A stretch of DNA of 53,584 nucleotides from Elusimicrobiota bacterium (GCA_043813605.1 JBDRKX010000130.1:1-53584); one strand, 5' to 3'. Counted from the first letter of the stretch, positions 38,784 to 48,301 are shown. The notes: a model not told the origin generated them from the sequence alone. Numbers and translations are program-made.

Positions 38784-40376
38784 GTGTCAGTTGTTCCTGT
38801 GAAAAAAAATAAAATATTTCATGACCGTCCGCTGGTTATACTCAGATGGCTGATAATAGCTTTCCTTATCGCTTATTCCGTATTCTGTTGCGGAGGCTGT
38901 CCAGGGCGGGTTCCGGCTGTTTTGTTTTTGATGCTCATTATTTCCAACCTGATTCTCGGATTTAAAGGAAGGCAGATAACAGCAAAGAGCCGGCTGCTCA
39001 AAATCATATTTCTTCTGGATATTTCATCTATCTCTATTATTATGTACCTGAGCGGTCAGCAGATAGATCTTTTTCTCCTTTATGCTGTAGTTATTCTGAA
39101 TTCCGCTGTATATTTCAATTTCAATAATATTTTATTCACTCTGATACTCGTATTCGCGGCTTTCTTGACAGTGTATGGTGTCTCAGATAAGTTTTCAATA
39201 ACAGAATTCTCTACATTGATGCGGTTGCCTTTTTTCTTTATGATTGCGGGTTTTGCAGCATATATGTCCGGGGAATCAAAAAGATTTAAAAATGAAAAAG
39301 AGAAGATAGAGATGCTGTATAATGCCCTGACCGGCGCTCTGGACAGCGGTATCATCGGTGTCGATATTAATATGGAGATACTTTTTTCTAACGGATTTGC
39401 CGAAAATCTGCTGGGGATCAACCGCTTGAAGCAGTCCGGGCAGAATCTGGCCGAGCTGAATGAATTTGAAGGACTTGTCAGTATTTTCAGTAAGACCATG
39501 GATACCGGAAAGAATCAAGTCAGAAAAGAAGCAATAGTAAAAAGCCTTGATTCAGGGAAAGAGATGCTTATAGGATGTACAACTTCGCTTATTAGGGATA
39601 AGACGGGAAAGATCTCCGGCGCCATAGCTATTTTCAGGGATATATCAGAAATTACCAGAGAACGGGAGGAAAAAGAACAACTTAAGAAAAGAGCGTTGAT
39701 AGGGGAATCTGCGGCGGGGATAGCGCATGAGATCAAAAATACATTTTCGGTAATATCCGGGATGGCGCAGAATATGGACTCTTATTTCAGTGAAAAACCG
39801 GAAAAAGTCAGAGAATACTGCCGGATAATGAAAGAGGAAGTAGATAAAGCCCTGGGTATAATAAACGATATAAGGGATATTACAAAAGCCAGCAATGTTG
39901 ATTTCAGTAAAATAAAGATAGGGCAATTCATCGGCACTATTGTAGACCATTACCATTTTAATCTGATAGGCAGTTCTGTACTGCTTGATTGCAGAATCGA
40001 TTTAGACGAAGAGTATGTAATTTATGGAGCGGCAGGGATGATAGAGCAGGTTGTAGTCAATCTTGTCAGGAATGCCGAAGAAGCAGTTGATAAGGAAACG
40101 GGAAAAATATCAGTTAAGGTCTTTGAAGAACAGGGCATGGCATGTATCAGTGTCTCCGATAACGGGCACGGTATACCCGAAGAAATTGAGGAAAACATAT
40201 TTAAACCATTTTTTACTACAAAGACAAAAGGCACCGGTCTTGGATTGTCAATATGCAGCCGGATCATTGAACTTCATGGGGGGAAACTCGATGTTTCAAG
40301 CAGTAAGAGCGGGACGCAGTTCACAATAAGGTTGCCTAAATCCCGGGAAGTTAATAGTATATCAGATAGCACATAG
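38784..40376 (+). CDS. Multi-TM PAS sensor histidine kinase 3 (PilS/NtrB-like)
   Basis: About 5 TM helices, PAS, AAGIAHEIKN, NLVRNA, DNGHGI, PFFTTK..GTGLGL. Confidence 0.9.
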   Translation: MSVVPVKKNKIFHDRPLVILRWLIIAFLIAYSVFCCGGCPGRVPAVLFLMLIISNLILGFKGRQITAKSRLLKIIFLLDISSISIIMYLSGQQIDLFLLYAVVILNSAVYFNFNNILFTLILVFAAFLTVYGVSDKFSITEFSTLMRLPFFFMIAGFAAYMSGESKRFKNEKEKIEMLYNALTGALDSGIIGVDINMEILFSNGFAENLLGINRLKQSGQNLAELNEFEGLVSIFSKTMDTGKNQVRKEAIVKSLDSGKEMLIGCTTSLIRDKTGKISGAIAIFRDISEITREREEKEQLKKRALIGESAAGIAHEIKNTFSVISGMAQNMDSYFSEKPEKVREYCRIMKEEVDKALGIINDIRDITKASNVDFSKIKIGQFIGTIVDHYHFNLIGSSVLLDCRIDLDEEYVIYGAAGMIEQVVVNLVRNAEEAVDKETGKISVKVFEEQGMACISVSDNGHGIPEEIEENIFKPFFTTKTKGTGLGLSICSRIIELHGGKLDVSSSKSGTQFTIRLPKSREVNSISDST

Positions 40377-40415
40377 AAAATGACATGTGAAAATGATATA
40401 GGAGAGATAGGCAAT

Positions 40416-41636
40416 ATGAATAGGCAGATTCCATTGCTATTGACGATTATTTTGTTCTTGCCCGTTTTGCTGAATGCAAAACTTGTCGAAGTTGAAGTGA
40501 GAACCGGCGATACGCTTCATGGTTTCGCTTCAAAATACCTGAAAAACCCGTCTGAATGGCCGAAGATATATGATATAAATAAAAAAGAAATAAAAAATCC
40601 CAATAAGATATACCCGGGCCAGATAATAAATATCCCGATAGAGATGCTTAAGGATAAGGTGGGAGACCTTACGGGCATATTAAACAGCGTGAAGGTGAAG
40701 AAAAGAGAAAAACGCGACTGGAATAAAGGTAAAAAAAACGAAACGCTGTTTCCTGAAGACGGCATATTAACAGGGGATAAATCGTTTGCAAGGATAGATT
40801 TTCTTGTCGGAAGCAACCTGAAAATAAATGAAAATTCACTTATTTACCTTAAGCCGACTAAAGCTAAAACAGCGGTGGCCTCTCTTCTTGAGGGGGGGCT
40901 CAATGTCAATAAAGCCAAGATAATAACACCTGCTGCAGAGATACTGCCCAGGGGAAATTCCCAGTACGATGTAGATATAGACAAAGAGAAGAACACAAAA
41001 GTGAGTGTAAGGCTTGGAGAAGTGGATGTGAAAGCTCAGGGTGAAACCGTGACAGTTATTCAGGGATTCAGGACAATGGTGGAGTTCAGTAAAGCGCCTC
41101 AATCGCCGGTAGCTCTGCCTCTTGCAGGAGAAGAGGCGCTTGAATTTAAAGAAGATATCCTTTCCAATAAAGAACTTATTTTTTACCTCGAAGTATCCGG
41201 GGACGAGGAGTTTAATATATTGGCTAAAAAAGAAGAAACTTCTGATCTGGGTCTCGATCATATAAAAGAAGGGCTCAAACCCGGGCAGTATTACTGGAGA
41301 GCGGCGATTATAGACAAACATGGATTCAGGGGCGATTTTTCCCGCGCCCGCGCTTTTGTGGTGCAGATAAGGACCAGTGCAGTCGTAGAACTGACGGGAT
41401 TCGAGATTGTAAACAAAGATGAAGGGATAATGAGAATAGCAGGTTATGCGACGAATGCCAGCAGAGTCGTTGTAAACGGATATCCCACAGTGATCGATCA
41501 GAGTGGTAACTTTAAGACCACTATCGTACTTTCGAAAGGACAGCACACGATAACTGTGACGGCTATAAGCAGTGAGGGTATAATAATAAGAAAATATCAC
41601 CGTTCCGAAGACGGTATGTGGCTTCCTGCCGAATAG
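40416..41636 (+). CDS. Exported LysM-FecR domain protein 2 (paralog)
   Basis: Signal peptide, LysM VRTGDTLH...IKNPNKIYPGQ, FecR-like core, YYWRA, Ig-like tail. ATG at 40416 with GGAGAG upstream. Confidence 0.8.
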   Translation: MNRQIPLLLTIILFLPVLLNAKLVEVEVRTGDTLHGFASKYLKNPSEWPKIYDINKKEIKNPNKIYPGQIINIPIEMLKDKVGDLTGILNSVKVKKREKRDWNKGKKNETLFPEDGILTGDKSFARIDFLVGSNLKINENSLIYLKPTKAKTAVASLLEGGLNVNKAKIITPAAEILPRGNSQYDVDIDKEKNTKVSVRLGEVDVKAQGETVTVIQGFRTMVEFSKAPQSPVALPLAGEEALEFKEDILSNKELIFYLEVSGDEEFNILAKKEETSDLGLDHIKEGLKPGQYYWRAAIIDKHGFRGDFSRARAFVVQIRTSAVVELTGFEIVNKDEGIMRIAGYATNASRVVVNGYPTVIDQSGNFKTTIVLSKGQHTITVTAISSEGIIIRKYHRSEDGMWLPAE

Positions 41637-41654
41637 TCTGTCAGGCGGGACAGG

Positions 41655-42428
41655 TCAGGCAAAGAGCAGTAACTGATGCTGTTTATTCACTTCTCCGCAA
41701 ATAACCGAATTAATACCCTGCCCGTATTTAAGTATACCGTCAGCAAGGTTCAGAGCTTCGTTTATTTGGGGGTCTGTAACTTTATTAAGAATAACCACAG
41801 TCCTGGTGGCCGGCGGGCGGTTCTTGAGAAGCCCGTGCGGATGTTTTAGAAGTGATATGATATCGGATGGCTGGATCACCGATTCAAGCGGTTTTCCCGT
41901 TATGCGCGCTACGTTCTGCGGTCTGTGTACATTCTTAATATTGAGTTTTTTACCTAGTATATCGAAACCTATGACTACAATAAAAAGAGTGGTTGCATAA
42001 GGTACGGGCGGTTCATATTTATGGGGAGCTTTGAGTGATTTTTTCTCAGCGCCGTCAGCCTCGATTATCATATAATCAAATGTTACTTCTCTGTTGATTT
42101 CAGCGACTTGTTCAATAGACAGTCCTTTTATCCTGTTGCCGCGTACCAGTCTTTGTGCTACGATAACCGGTTCGTTCAGTATGGAAGTTTCTATTTTTTC
42201 GACCAGTTCATTAGTCAGTTTTCCGGAAAATCTGATGAGATCAAAATTTAGTTTTTCCATATGCGTGGTAGTTGATAGAATGACACGTTTCTCGCAGTTG
42301 GACAGTTCCTTACCTAATCTTATGAGAGTAGATGTTTTTCCACCACCGCCGACAATTGATATTATGTCCTTATGCTGATGGAGTTTAAGCGCATGCAGCA
42401 GGTGATCGTAGTACCTTTTTTTTAACAT
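41655..42428 (-). CDS. yqeC: Selenium cofactor biosynthesis protein YqeC
   Basis: VGGGGKTS, STTTH, IEADGA...LKAP...EP, located in the selD/yqeB locus. Confidence 0.9.
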   Translation of the reverse strand: MLKKRYYDHLLHALKLHQHKDIISIVGGGGKTSTLIRLGKELSNCEKRVILSTTTHMEKLNFDLIRFSGKLTNELVEKIETSILNEPVIVAQRLVRGNRIKGLSIEQVAEINREVTFDYMIIEADGAEKKSLKAPHKYEPPVPYATTLFIVVIGFDILGKKLNIKNVHRPQNVARITGKPLESVIQPSDIISLLKHPHGLLKNRPPATRTVVILNKVTDPQINEALNLADGILKYGQGINSVICGEVNKQHQLLLFA

Positions 42429-45211
42429 ATCTGCAGTTCCTCAAGCTCTTTAAGCAGTTTTTCCGGTGTAAACGGCCAGCTTCTCATCCAGACACCTGTT
42501 GCATCATGTATAGCTGAAGCAAGGGCGGGAGCTGCTCCGTTGGTAACCACTTCTCCGATTGATTTAGCGCCAAACGGCCCGAGCGGGTCTTCTGTGTAAA
42601 CCAGTTCTGCCTGAAAATCATCAGGCAATTCCCATATCATGGGCACTTTATAGTCCGTGAAACTGGCATTAAGGCATCTGCCTCGATCATCAAATTTCAG
42701 ATCCTCATAAAGAGAATGACCGATGCTTTTCATAACCCCGCCGTATATCTGGCCGGCTGCAAGTAAGGGGTTGACAGGTGTTCCGCAATCGTGAAGTGCG
42801 TAATATTTGTTTATATGCACGCGGCCGGTTTTTTTGTTTACTGAAACCTCCACAAAGTGCGCGCCGTAGGGAATAGGTGCTTCTTTGGTTGTGAATGAGC
42901 CGGTGGAGATCATCTGGCCGGAACCGGTTCCGCTCTGTGTCTTATGCGCAAGATCACTGTATTTAAGGCTATTTTTAGAATAGCGTACAATACCGGGATG
43001 ATCCAGGCGGAGCCCGCTGATATCAGCACCTGTAATATCAGCAGCAGCTTTCAGGATGAGCTGTTTCATGTTAACGGCTGCCCTGTAGACTGACATGCCG
43101 CTGAAATATGTGCCGCTGGATGCATATGATCCGACATCAAAAGGTGTTGTGTCGGTATCAGCCGCCGTTACAGAAACACTGTCAAGGTCAATGCATAGTA
43201 TCTCAGCGGCGATTTTGGCTACTACAGTATCCAGTCCTGTTCCAAGATCGGTCCCGCCGAACAAAACCATAAAAGTGCCATCGCCAAGCATTTTTATAGC
43301 TGCATTTGCAGAATCTATACCAGGCAGGCCTGAGCCCTGCTGGACTATCGCAGCGCCTTTACCGATCAGTATGTTATCTGAAGCGGATTTATTTTTTTTT
43401 GGCCATTCTATCATTTTGCTCCCTTTTTCGAGCGCCTTATGAATACCTGACGATGATACTTCCTGAGGTATTCCTTCCTGTCCTTCACCAAGGCATCTGA
43501 GTATTTCAAGCCGATAACCTTTTTCGACTGCATTTTTTTTCAGAAAATCAATATGATCCATATTCAGCTCTGATGCCAGTTCCGCCATTATGGTCTGAAG
43601 GGCATAAGTACCCTGGGGCGCCCCGTAGCCCTGGTATGCTCCGGAAGGAGTATTGTTGGTGTAATATACCTTGACGTCATAAGACATGTTGGGACATTTG
43701 AAAATCGGCAGAGATTTTGAGCAGGAGTTCATGGGCACTGTCAGGCAGTGCGGACCGTATGCTCCTGCTGCAGCCTGGAGCCGTAGATCGACAGCTGTCA
43801 ATGTGCCGTCTTTTTTTGCTCCCGCTTTAACCTTTATCTTCATCGGATATCTCGGCCTTGTCAGGAATTCTTCCTGTCTGCTGAATCTTATGTAAGCCGG
43901 CTTACCTGTTGCCCATGATATCCATGCCGGTATCTCTTCAAGCACCATGTCCTGTTTTGACCCAAAACCTCCGCCTATCTTTTCCTTGATGACCCGGATT
44001 TTGTTTTCGGGTATCTCTAGAATGCCGGCAAGTATGCGTCTTATATGGTATGGCACCTGTGTCGGGGTGTGAACTATGAGTCTGCCGTTTTTTATCTCTG
44101 TAAACGCTGCGTGGGGCTCAACAGGAGTACACTGGACCCGGCTTGTGGTATATTCTCTTTCTATCACGGTGTCTGCTTCTTTAAACCCTTTTTCGATATC
44201 GCCTATGCTTCCCGAATTTGAAGCTGCGATATTTTTTTTAAGGTCGGCGCCTATATCGAATTGATGAAAACAGTCGGCTTTCGTGTGTACTTGAGGTGCG
44301 TTTTCAGCCGAAGCGGATTCAATATCCGGCACGGCATCAAGGACTTCGTATTCGACTTCAATAAGGGAAAGGGCCCTGTATGCTGTTTTCTCATCTTCTG
44401 CAGCGATTACAGCTACGCGGTCCCCGACGAATCTGACAGTATCGTCAATGAGTCTCCTGTCATATGGCGAGGGTTCTGGAAATCCTTGTCCGGCAGTGTT
44501 GTATCGTTTTGCCGGTACATTCATGTGAGTCAGTACCAGTTCGACGCCCTTGAGAGCTTCTGCCCTGGAAGTATCTATTCGTCTTATTTTTGCATGGGCG
44601 TGGGGGCTCCTGAGTATTTTAAGTATAAGCGAGTCGGGTGTGACATGATCTTCAACATATGCTGCTTCGGCTCTGACAAGCTGTTCGCTGTCGCTCTTCG
44701 GGGCGTATTTGCCGATGATCCTTAGATCTTTCCTGAAGCTGGCGGTATTACTCTTTTTCACTTTTGTAAGCGAAGCTACGGCATCGAATATCTGCTGGTA
44801 GCCGGTACACCGGCAGAGGCTGCCCGAAAGTGCGTCCTTCACTTCATATTCTGTGGGTGATTGAGTGCGGTTTAACAGTTCTTTTACTGCCAGTATCTGG
44901 GAGGGTGTACAGTAACCGCACTGCACAATTCCCGATTCGATGAATGCTTTCTGCACCGGATCCAGTTCCCTGTCCCTTGCAAGACCTTCAACTGTAAGTA
45001 TCTCTTTCCCATCGACTTGCGGCGTCTTTAAAAGGCATGAATTAACAAGTTTGCCGTCAAGCAGGATAGCGCATGATCCGCAGCTGCCTTCACCTGAACA
45101 TCCGTCCCTCACCGATCTTATCCCGTTCCTTTTCAGGAGGCTGAAGAGGGTCTCGTCTTCTGAAGTCTGGAATGTTCTTGACGAGCCGTTTAGCGTAAAC
45201 TTAATCTCCAT
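42422..45211 (-). CDS. xdhD: Molybdopterin hydroxylase with fused 2x[2Fe-2S] domain (XdhD/YgfN-type)
   Basis: GCSGEGSCGSC, QCGYC, CRCTGY, RSPHAHA, GGGFGSKQ, AYQGYGAPQ, DLGTG, GAKSIGE. ATG start at 45211. Confidence 0.85.
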   Translation of the reverse strand: MEIKFTLNGSSRTFQTSEDETLFSLLKRNGIRSVRDGCSGEGSCGSCAILLDGKLVNSCLLKTPQVDGKEILTVEGLARDRELDPVQKAFIESGIVQCGYCTPSQILAVKELLNRTQSPTEYEVKDALSGSLCRCTGYQQIFDAVASLTKVKKSNTASFRKDLRIIGKYAPKSDSEQLVRAEAAYVEDHVTPDSLILKILRSPHAHAKIRRIDTSRAEALKGVELVLTHMNVPAKRYNTAGQGFPEPSPYDRRLIDDTVRFVGDRVAVIAAEDEKTAYRALSLIEVEYEVLDAVPDIESASAENAPQVHTKADCFHQFDIGADLKKNIAASNSGSIGDIEKGFKEADTVIEREYTTSRVQCTPVEPHAAFTEIKNGRLIVHTPTQVPYHIRRILAGILEIPENKIRVIKEKIGGGFGSKQDMVLEEIPAWISWATGKPAYIRFSRQEEFLTRPRYPMKIKVKAGAKKDGTLTAVDLRLQAAAGAYGPHCLTVPMNSCSKSLPIFKCPNMSYDVKVYYTNNTPSGAYQGYGAPQGTYALQTIMAELASELNMDHIDFLKKNAVEKGYRLEILRCLGEGQEGIPQEVSSSGIHKALEKGSKMIEWPKKNKSASDNILIGKGAAIVQQGSGLPGIDSANAAIKMLGDGTFMVLFGGTDLGTGLDTVVAKIAAEILCIDLDSVSVTAADTDTTPFDVGSYASSGTYFSGMSVYRAAVNMKQLILKAAADITGADISGLRLDHPGIVRYSKNSLKYSDLAHKTQSGTGSGQMISTGSFTTKEAPIPYGAHFVEVSVNKKTGRVHINKYYALHDCGTPVNPLLAAGQIYGGVMKSIGHSLYEDLKFDDRGRCLNASFTDYKVPMIWELPDDFQAELVYTEDPLGPFGAKSIGEVVTNGAAPALASAIHDATGVWMRSWPFTPEKLLKELEELQIC

Positions 45212-45989
45212 CGTTATCCCCTGTAATAAAATTTTCAAGAAAAACGTTTACCAGGTGTCTTCTGTAATCTGCGGATGCCCTGATGTCGTTAATGGGATCG
45301 ATCTCGGCCTGAGCGGTTTTCTTTATTTCATTAATATCTATTTCTTCGGGCCTGCGGCCTTCAATTATAGAAGAAGTTCCGGTAAGCAGCATCACTTTCT
45401 CCGCAATGCATCCTATGGCAATTTTTACATTAGTGTATCTGGAATCATCAAATACCGCGCCCGCGGCAGCTTTAATAATGGGTACATCTGTTTTTGTCCT
45501 CGAGAACCGGCTTTGAGAGATCGTTCTTTTGTTATCGGGAATAGTGACACTGAGTATCAGCCCGTCAGGTTTCTTTATCCACTCCGAGATACTTGTGTGT
45601 TTCTTCCCTGTTTCTGTCATATATTCAAGACCGGCATCCATGGCGATAAGAGTTGCAATCATATCGGAACTCGACCTGTTGGCCCCTATATTACCGCCTA
45701 TAGTTGCACAGTTCCGGATATTCCTGCTGGCTACATGCGCCGCGGATTCTCGTAATGCCGGCGGCATAGATGAATTTATCCTGATCTCTTCCAGTGTCGC
45801 CATGCTTCCGATGTTTTCTCCTGTGATTTTATCAAGATGCAGGCGGTCCAGGCTGATAAGGGCGGATATGTTCAGCGAAGATGAATAGCCGGAATTTAAT
45901 TGTGTCCCTCCGGCCAGGAAATACGAGTCAGGATTCAGTTTTCTAAGATCAAGCGCTTCTTCCGGCCTCGAGGGTCTTAAGAACTTCAT
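45201..45989 (-). CDS. ygfM: FAD-binding subunit of a molybdopterin oxidoreductase (YgfM-type)
   Basis: FLAGGT, IRNCATIGGN, DIRASADYR, located directly upstream of xdhD. Confidence 0.8.
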   Translation of the reverse strand: MKFLRPSRPEEALDLRKLNPDSYFLAGGTQLNSGYSSSLNISALISLDRLHLDKITGENIGSMATLEEIRINSSMPPALRESAAHVASRNIRNCATIGGNIGANRSSSDMIATLIAMDAGLEYMTETGKKHTSISEWIKKPDGLILSVTIPDNKRTISQSRFSRTKTDVPIIKAAAGAVFDDSRYTNVKIAIGCIAEKVMLLTGTSSIIEGRRPEEIDINEIKKTAQAEIDPINDIRASADYRRHLVNVFLENFITGDNDGD

Positions 45990-47005
45990 GCGATTCTAAT
46001 CATCTTTTCGCCCGGTTGCCGCGCGGTGACTTCTCCTATGCGGATAGCAATACCGGAATTACTGACAGTTTCAGCCTTAGCCGGCGGGACTGCCATAAGC
46101 ACGCCGCCTGAAGTCTGAGCGTCAAAAATAATGTCTGCAGATACATCAGGATTCATATCCACATAAGAGAAGTGTTCTTCTTTGTTCTTCTTTGATCCGC
46201 CAGGAAAAGCGCCCAGCTCCAGAAGTTCGAATACGCCGTCGAAGACCGGGAGGGTTTCCATGTATATGCGCATGTTTATACCAGACGCCCGGCACATCTC
46301 AAGGGCATGCCCGATAAGCCCGAAACCGGTAATATCTGTTGCAGCTTTTATCCCGTGTTCTGTCATAAGGTCTCGTGCTGATTTATTCAGGGCTGTCATC
46401 GATTTTATGGCCTGTTCGCGGGAACTGTCCGGGCATATGTTTTTCTTGATGGCAGTCGTGATTATACCTGTTCCCAGCGGTTTTGTCAGAAATAGTACAT
46501 CATTTTCTCTGGCGGCGCTGTTTGTTATAAGGCTGTCATCATCAGCTATGCCTGTGGCTGCTATACCGAATTTTAACTCGGTATCTTTTATCGTATGTCC
46601 TCCGAGAAGAGTACATTCAGCAGTTTCAAGAACCTCAGCCGATCCATCGAGTATTTCACTGTAAACCTGCTCGGGATATTTGTCGGAGGGAAAACAGCAT
46701 AGGTTTAATGCTGTGATCGGTTCGGCTCCCATGACATAGATATCCGACAGCGCGTTTGCTGTGGCAATACGTCCGAAATCGTATGGCTCATCTACTATAG
46801 GCGGAAAGAAATCTGTAGACTGTACTAAAAGTGAGCCGTCTTTTAAACGGTAAACACCGGCATCATCAAAGTTCTCGATACCGATAACAGTAGATGCAGA
46901 GCGGTAGAACTTGCGGCCGTGAAGGATCTTTTCAAGCGTTTTTTGACTTACTTTTGCAGCACATCCGGCACATGATACCCCGTGGGTCAATTTGTAATTA
47001 TCCAT
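45986..47005 (-). CDS. selD: Selenide, water dikinase (selenophosphate synthetase), Cys form
   Basis: GCAAK, DDAGVY, DFFPPIVD, NALSDIY.MG, GGHT, LTKPLGTG, TDITGFGL.GH, DAQTSGG. ATG at 47005. Confidence 0.96.
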   Translation of the reverse strand: MDNYKLTHGVSCAGCAAKVSQKTLEKILHGRKFYRSASTVIGIENFDDAGVYRLKDGSLLVQSTDFFPPIVDEPYDFGRIATANALSDIYVMGAEPITALNLCCFPSDKYPEQVYSEILDGSAEVLETAECTLLGGHTIKDTELKFGIAATGIADDDSLITNSAARENDVLFLTKPLGTGIITTAIKKNICPDSSREQAIKSMTALNKSARDLMTEHGIKAATDITGFGLIGHALEMCRASGINMRIYMETLPVFDGVFELLELGAFPGGSKKNKEEHFSYVDMNPDVSADIIFDAQTSGGVLMAVPPAKAETVSNSGIAIRIGEVTARQPGEKMIRIA

Positions 47006-47810
47006 GGCTTTTTTCTTTTCCTGTATGCATCCAATAAAGTATTGCTTCAAGTACGCCGCCTGCGATACATCTGGCTTTGTCGGAAACGGTATATACGCTG
47101 TCGCGGTTTCCTCTCGGATCTATATCTCCGATCTTCATGTTTTTTGTTACAGGCAGAGTATCTGATATCAGGCCGCGTATTACACCACTTATAGCAGCGT
47201 GAAAGCTTTTCCTGTTTACCGTGCCGAGAAGGTCTCCCTTTTCTACGGTATCTCCTATTTTTACAGCAGGTTCAAATATGCCGTTGTCGGGTGCGCGGAT
47301 CAATCTTTCCTGACTATGGCCGCAGATAATACCCGGTATTCCCGTGTATTGTTCGGCTGTGCCTTTCCAGATAACCTTTCCCAGATTATGGCCGCGGTTT
47401 GTCTCAATAATACAATCAATATCTTCCGGTGCCTTAAAACCGGGTCCTAAACCTATTGTCAGCGGGGCATCCTGTTTTTTTGTTGTTCTATTGTCTATCG
47501 CTTTTAAAGTGGCATCTATTATGACTGCAGGGTTCAGGGCATTTATAATCGTATTGTTTTCAGAAGTAAAAACAGATACTGAAGAAGGGGAAAAATCGGA
47601 TATATTATGTGCCAGTATTCCTGTGACGCCGTCAATAGTTATTTCGCCTTCTTTGATAGCACTTGAAAATGAAACAGTCCGCCTGATACACATGGGCTGA
47701 GGAAGGTCTACAACTGAAGTATTGAAACCCGACCTGAAAAGTTTGAAAGCTATGCCGCTGCCCAGATCTCCGCCGCCTTTTATGAGTACTTTGATATCAG
47801 CGAAATTCAT
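46998..47810 (-). CDS. yqeB: Selenium-dependent molybdenum hydroxylase system protein YqeB
   Basis: KGGGDLGSG, IRRTVSF, IGLGPGF, ETNRGH.LG, KIGDIDPR, SDKAR.IAGGVLEA. Confidence 0.92.
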   Translation of the reverse strand: MNFADIKVLIKGGGDLGSGIAFKLFRSGFNTSVVDLPQPMCIRRTVSFSSAIKEGEITIDGVTGILAHNISDFSPSSVSVFTSENNTIINALNPAVIIDATLKAIDNRTTKKQDAPLTIGLGPGFKAPEDIDCIIETNRGHNLGKVIWKGTAEQYTGIPGIICGHSQERLIRAPDNGIFEPAVKIGDTVEKGDLLGTVNRKSFHAAISGVIRGLISDTLPVTKNMKIGDIDPRGNRDSVYTVSDKARCIAGGVLEAILYWMHTGKEKSHG

Positions 47811-47858
47811 TGAATGTAAACTTTAAAGAGTTTCTGCCGTACTGGTATCCTTCCGGAT

Positions 47859-48218
47859 TCACTTGTTTGTATCAATATCCAGCAGCTTGTAAAGGGGACA
47901 GAATCCTATCAGAGAACTTAATGTACTTATAAGTCCTATAATCGCAAAAACAGCCCTGGGAAGGTTATCAGTCTTAAGAGCCAGTCCCATGAAAAGAGCG
48001 CCTATAAAAAGACGGGTATCTCTGTCCAGTTTGCTGAGATTTGAAATCTGCTTTAGATTGACAGGCTGTTTAGCTTTGGAGACAAAATGGTCCGGGTCGC
48101 TGGCAAAATCCTGTTTACATAATTCTGAGCAGAAGTAATACGTACGGCCGTTATGATCGGCCGTTACCGCATCCTGAGCTTCAGTAACTTCTGTTCCGCA
48201 GACTAAATCATAAGCCAT
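47859..48218 (-). CDS. YHS (TRASH) domain fused to a DUF2892 (YgaP-like) membrane domain
   Basis: DLVCG...TYYFCS..C...F..DP, then DR..R...two TM helices...GFCPLY.LL. RBS GGAGG. Confidence 0.8.
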   Translation of the reverse strand: MAYDLVCGTEVTEAQDAVTADHNGRTYYFCSELCKQDFASDPDHFVSKAKQPVNLKQISNLSKLDRDTRLFIGALFMGLALKTDNLPRAVFAIIGLISTLSSLIGFCPLYKLLDIDTNK

Positions 48219-48239
48219 TTACATGCCTCCATTATCCTT

Positions 48240-48301
48240 ATTATAATACCACCGCGACAGTGTTGTCAAATTTGACTGCCGGTATCCATTTTTTATAGCA
48301 T
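48240..48301. promoter_or_regulatory. Back-to-back divergent sigma70 promoters of the Se/Mo locus
   Basis: Minus strand: TTGACA (48269-48264), 18 bp, TATAAT (48245-48240). Plus strand: TTGACT (48272-48277), 18 bp, TAGCAT (48296-48301). Confidence 0.55.
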
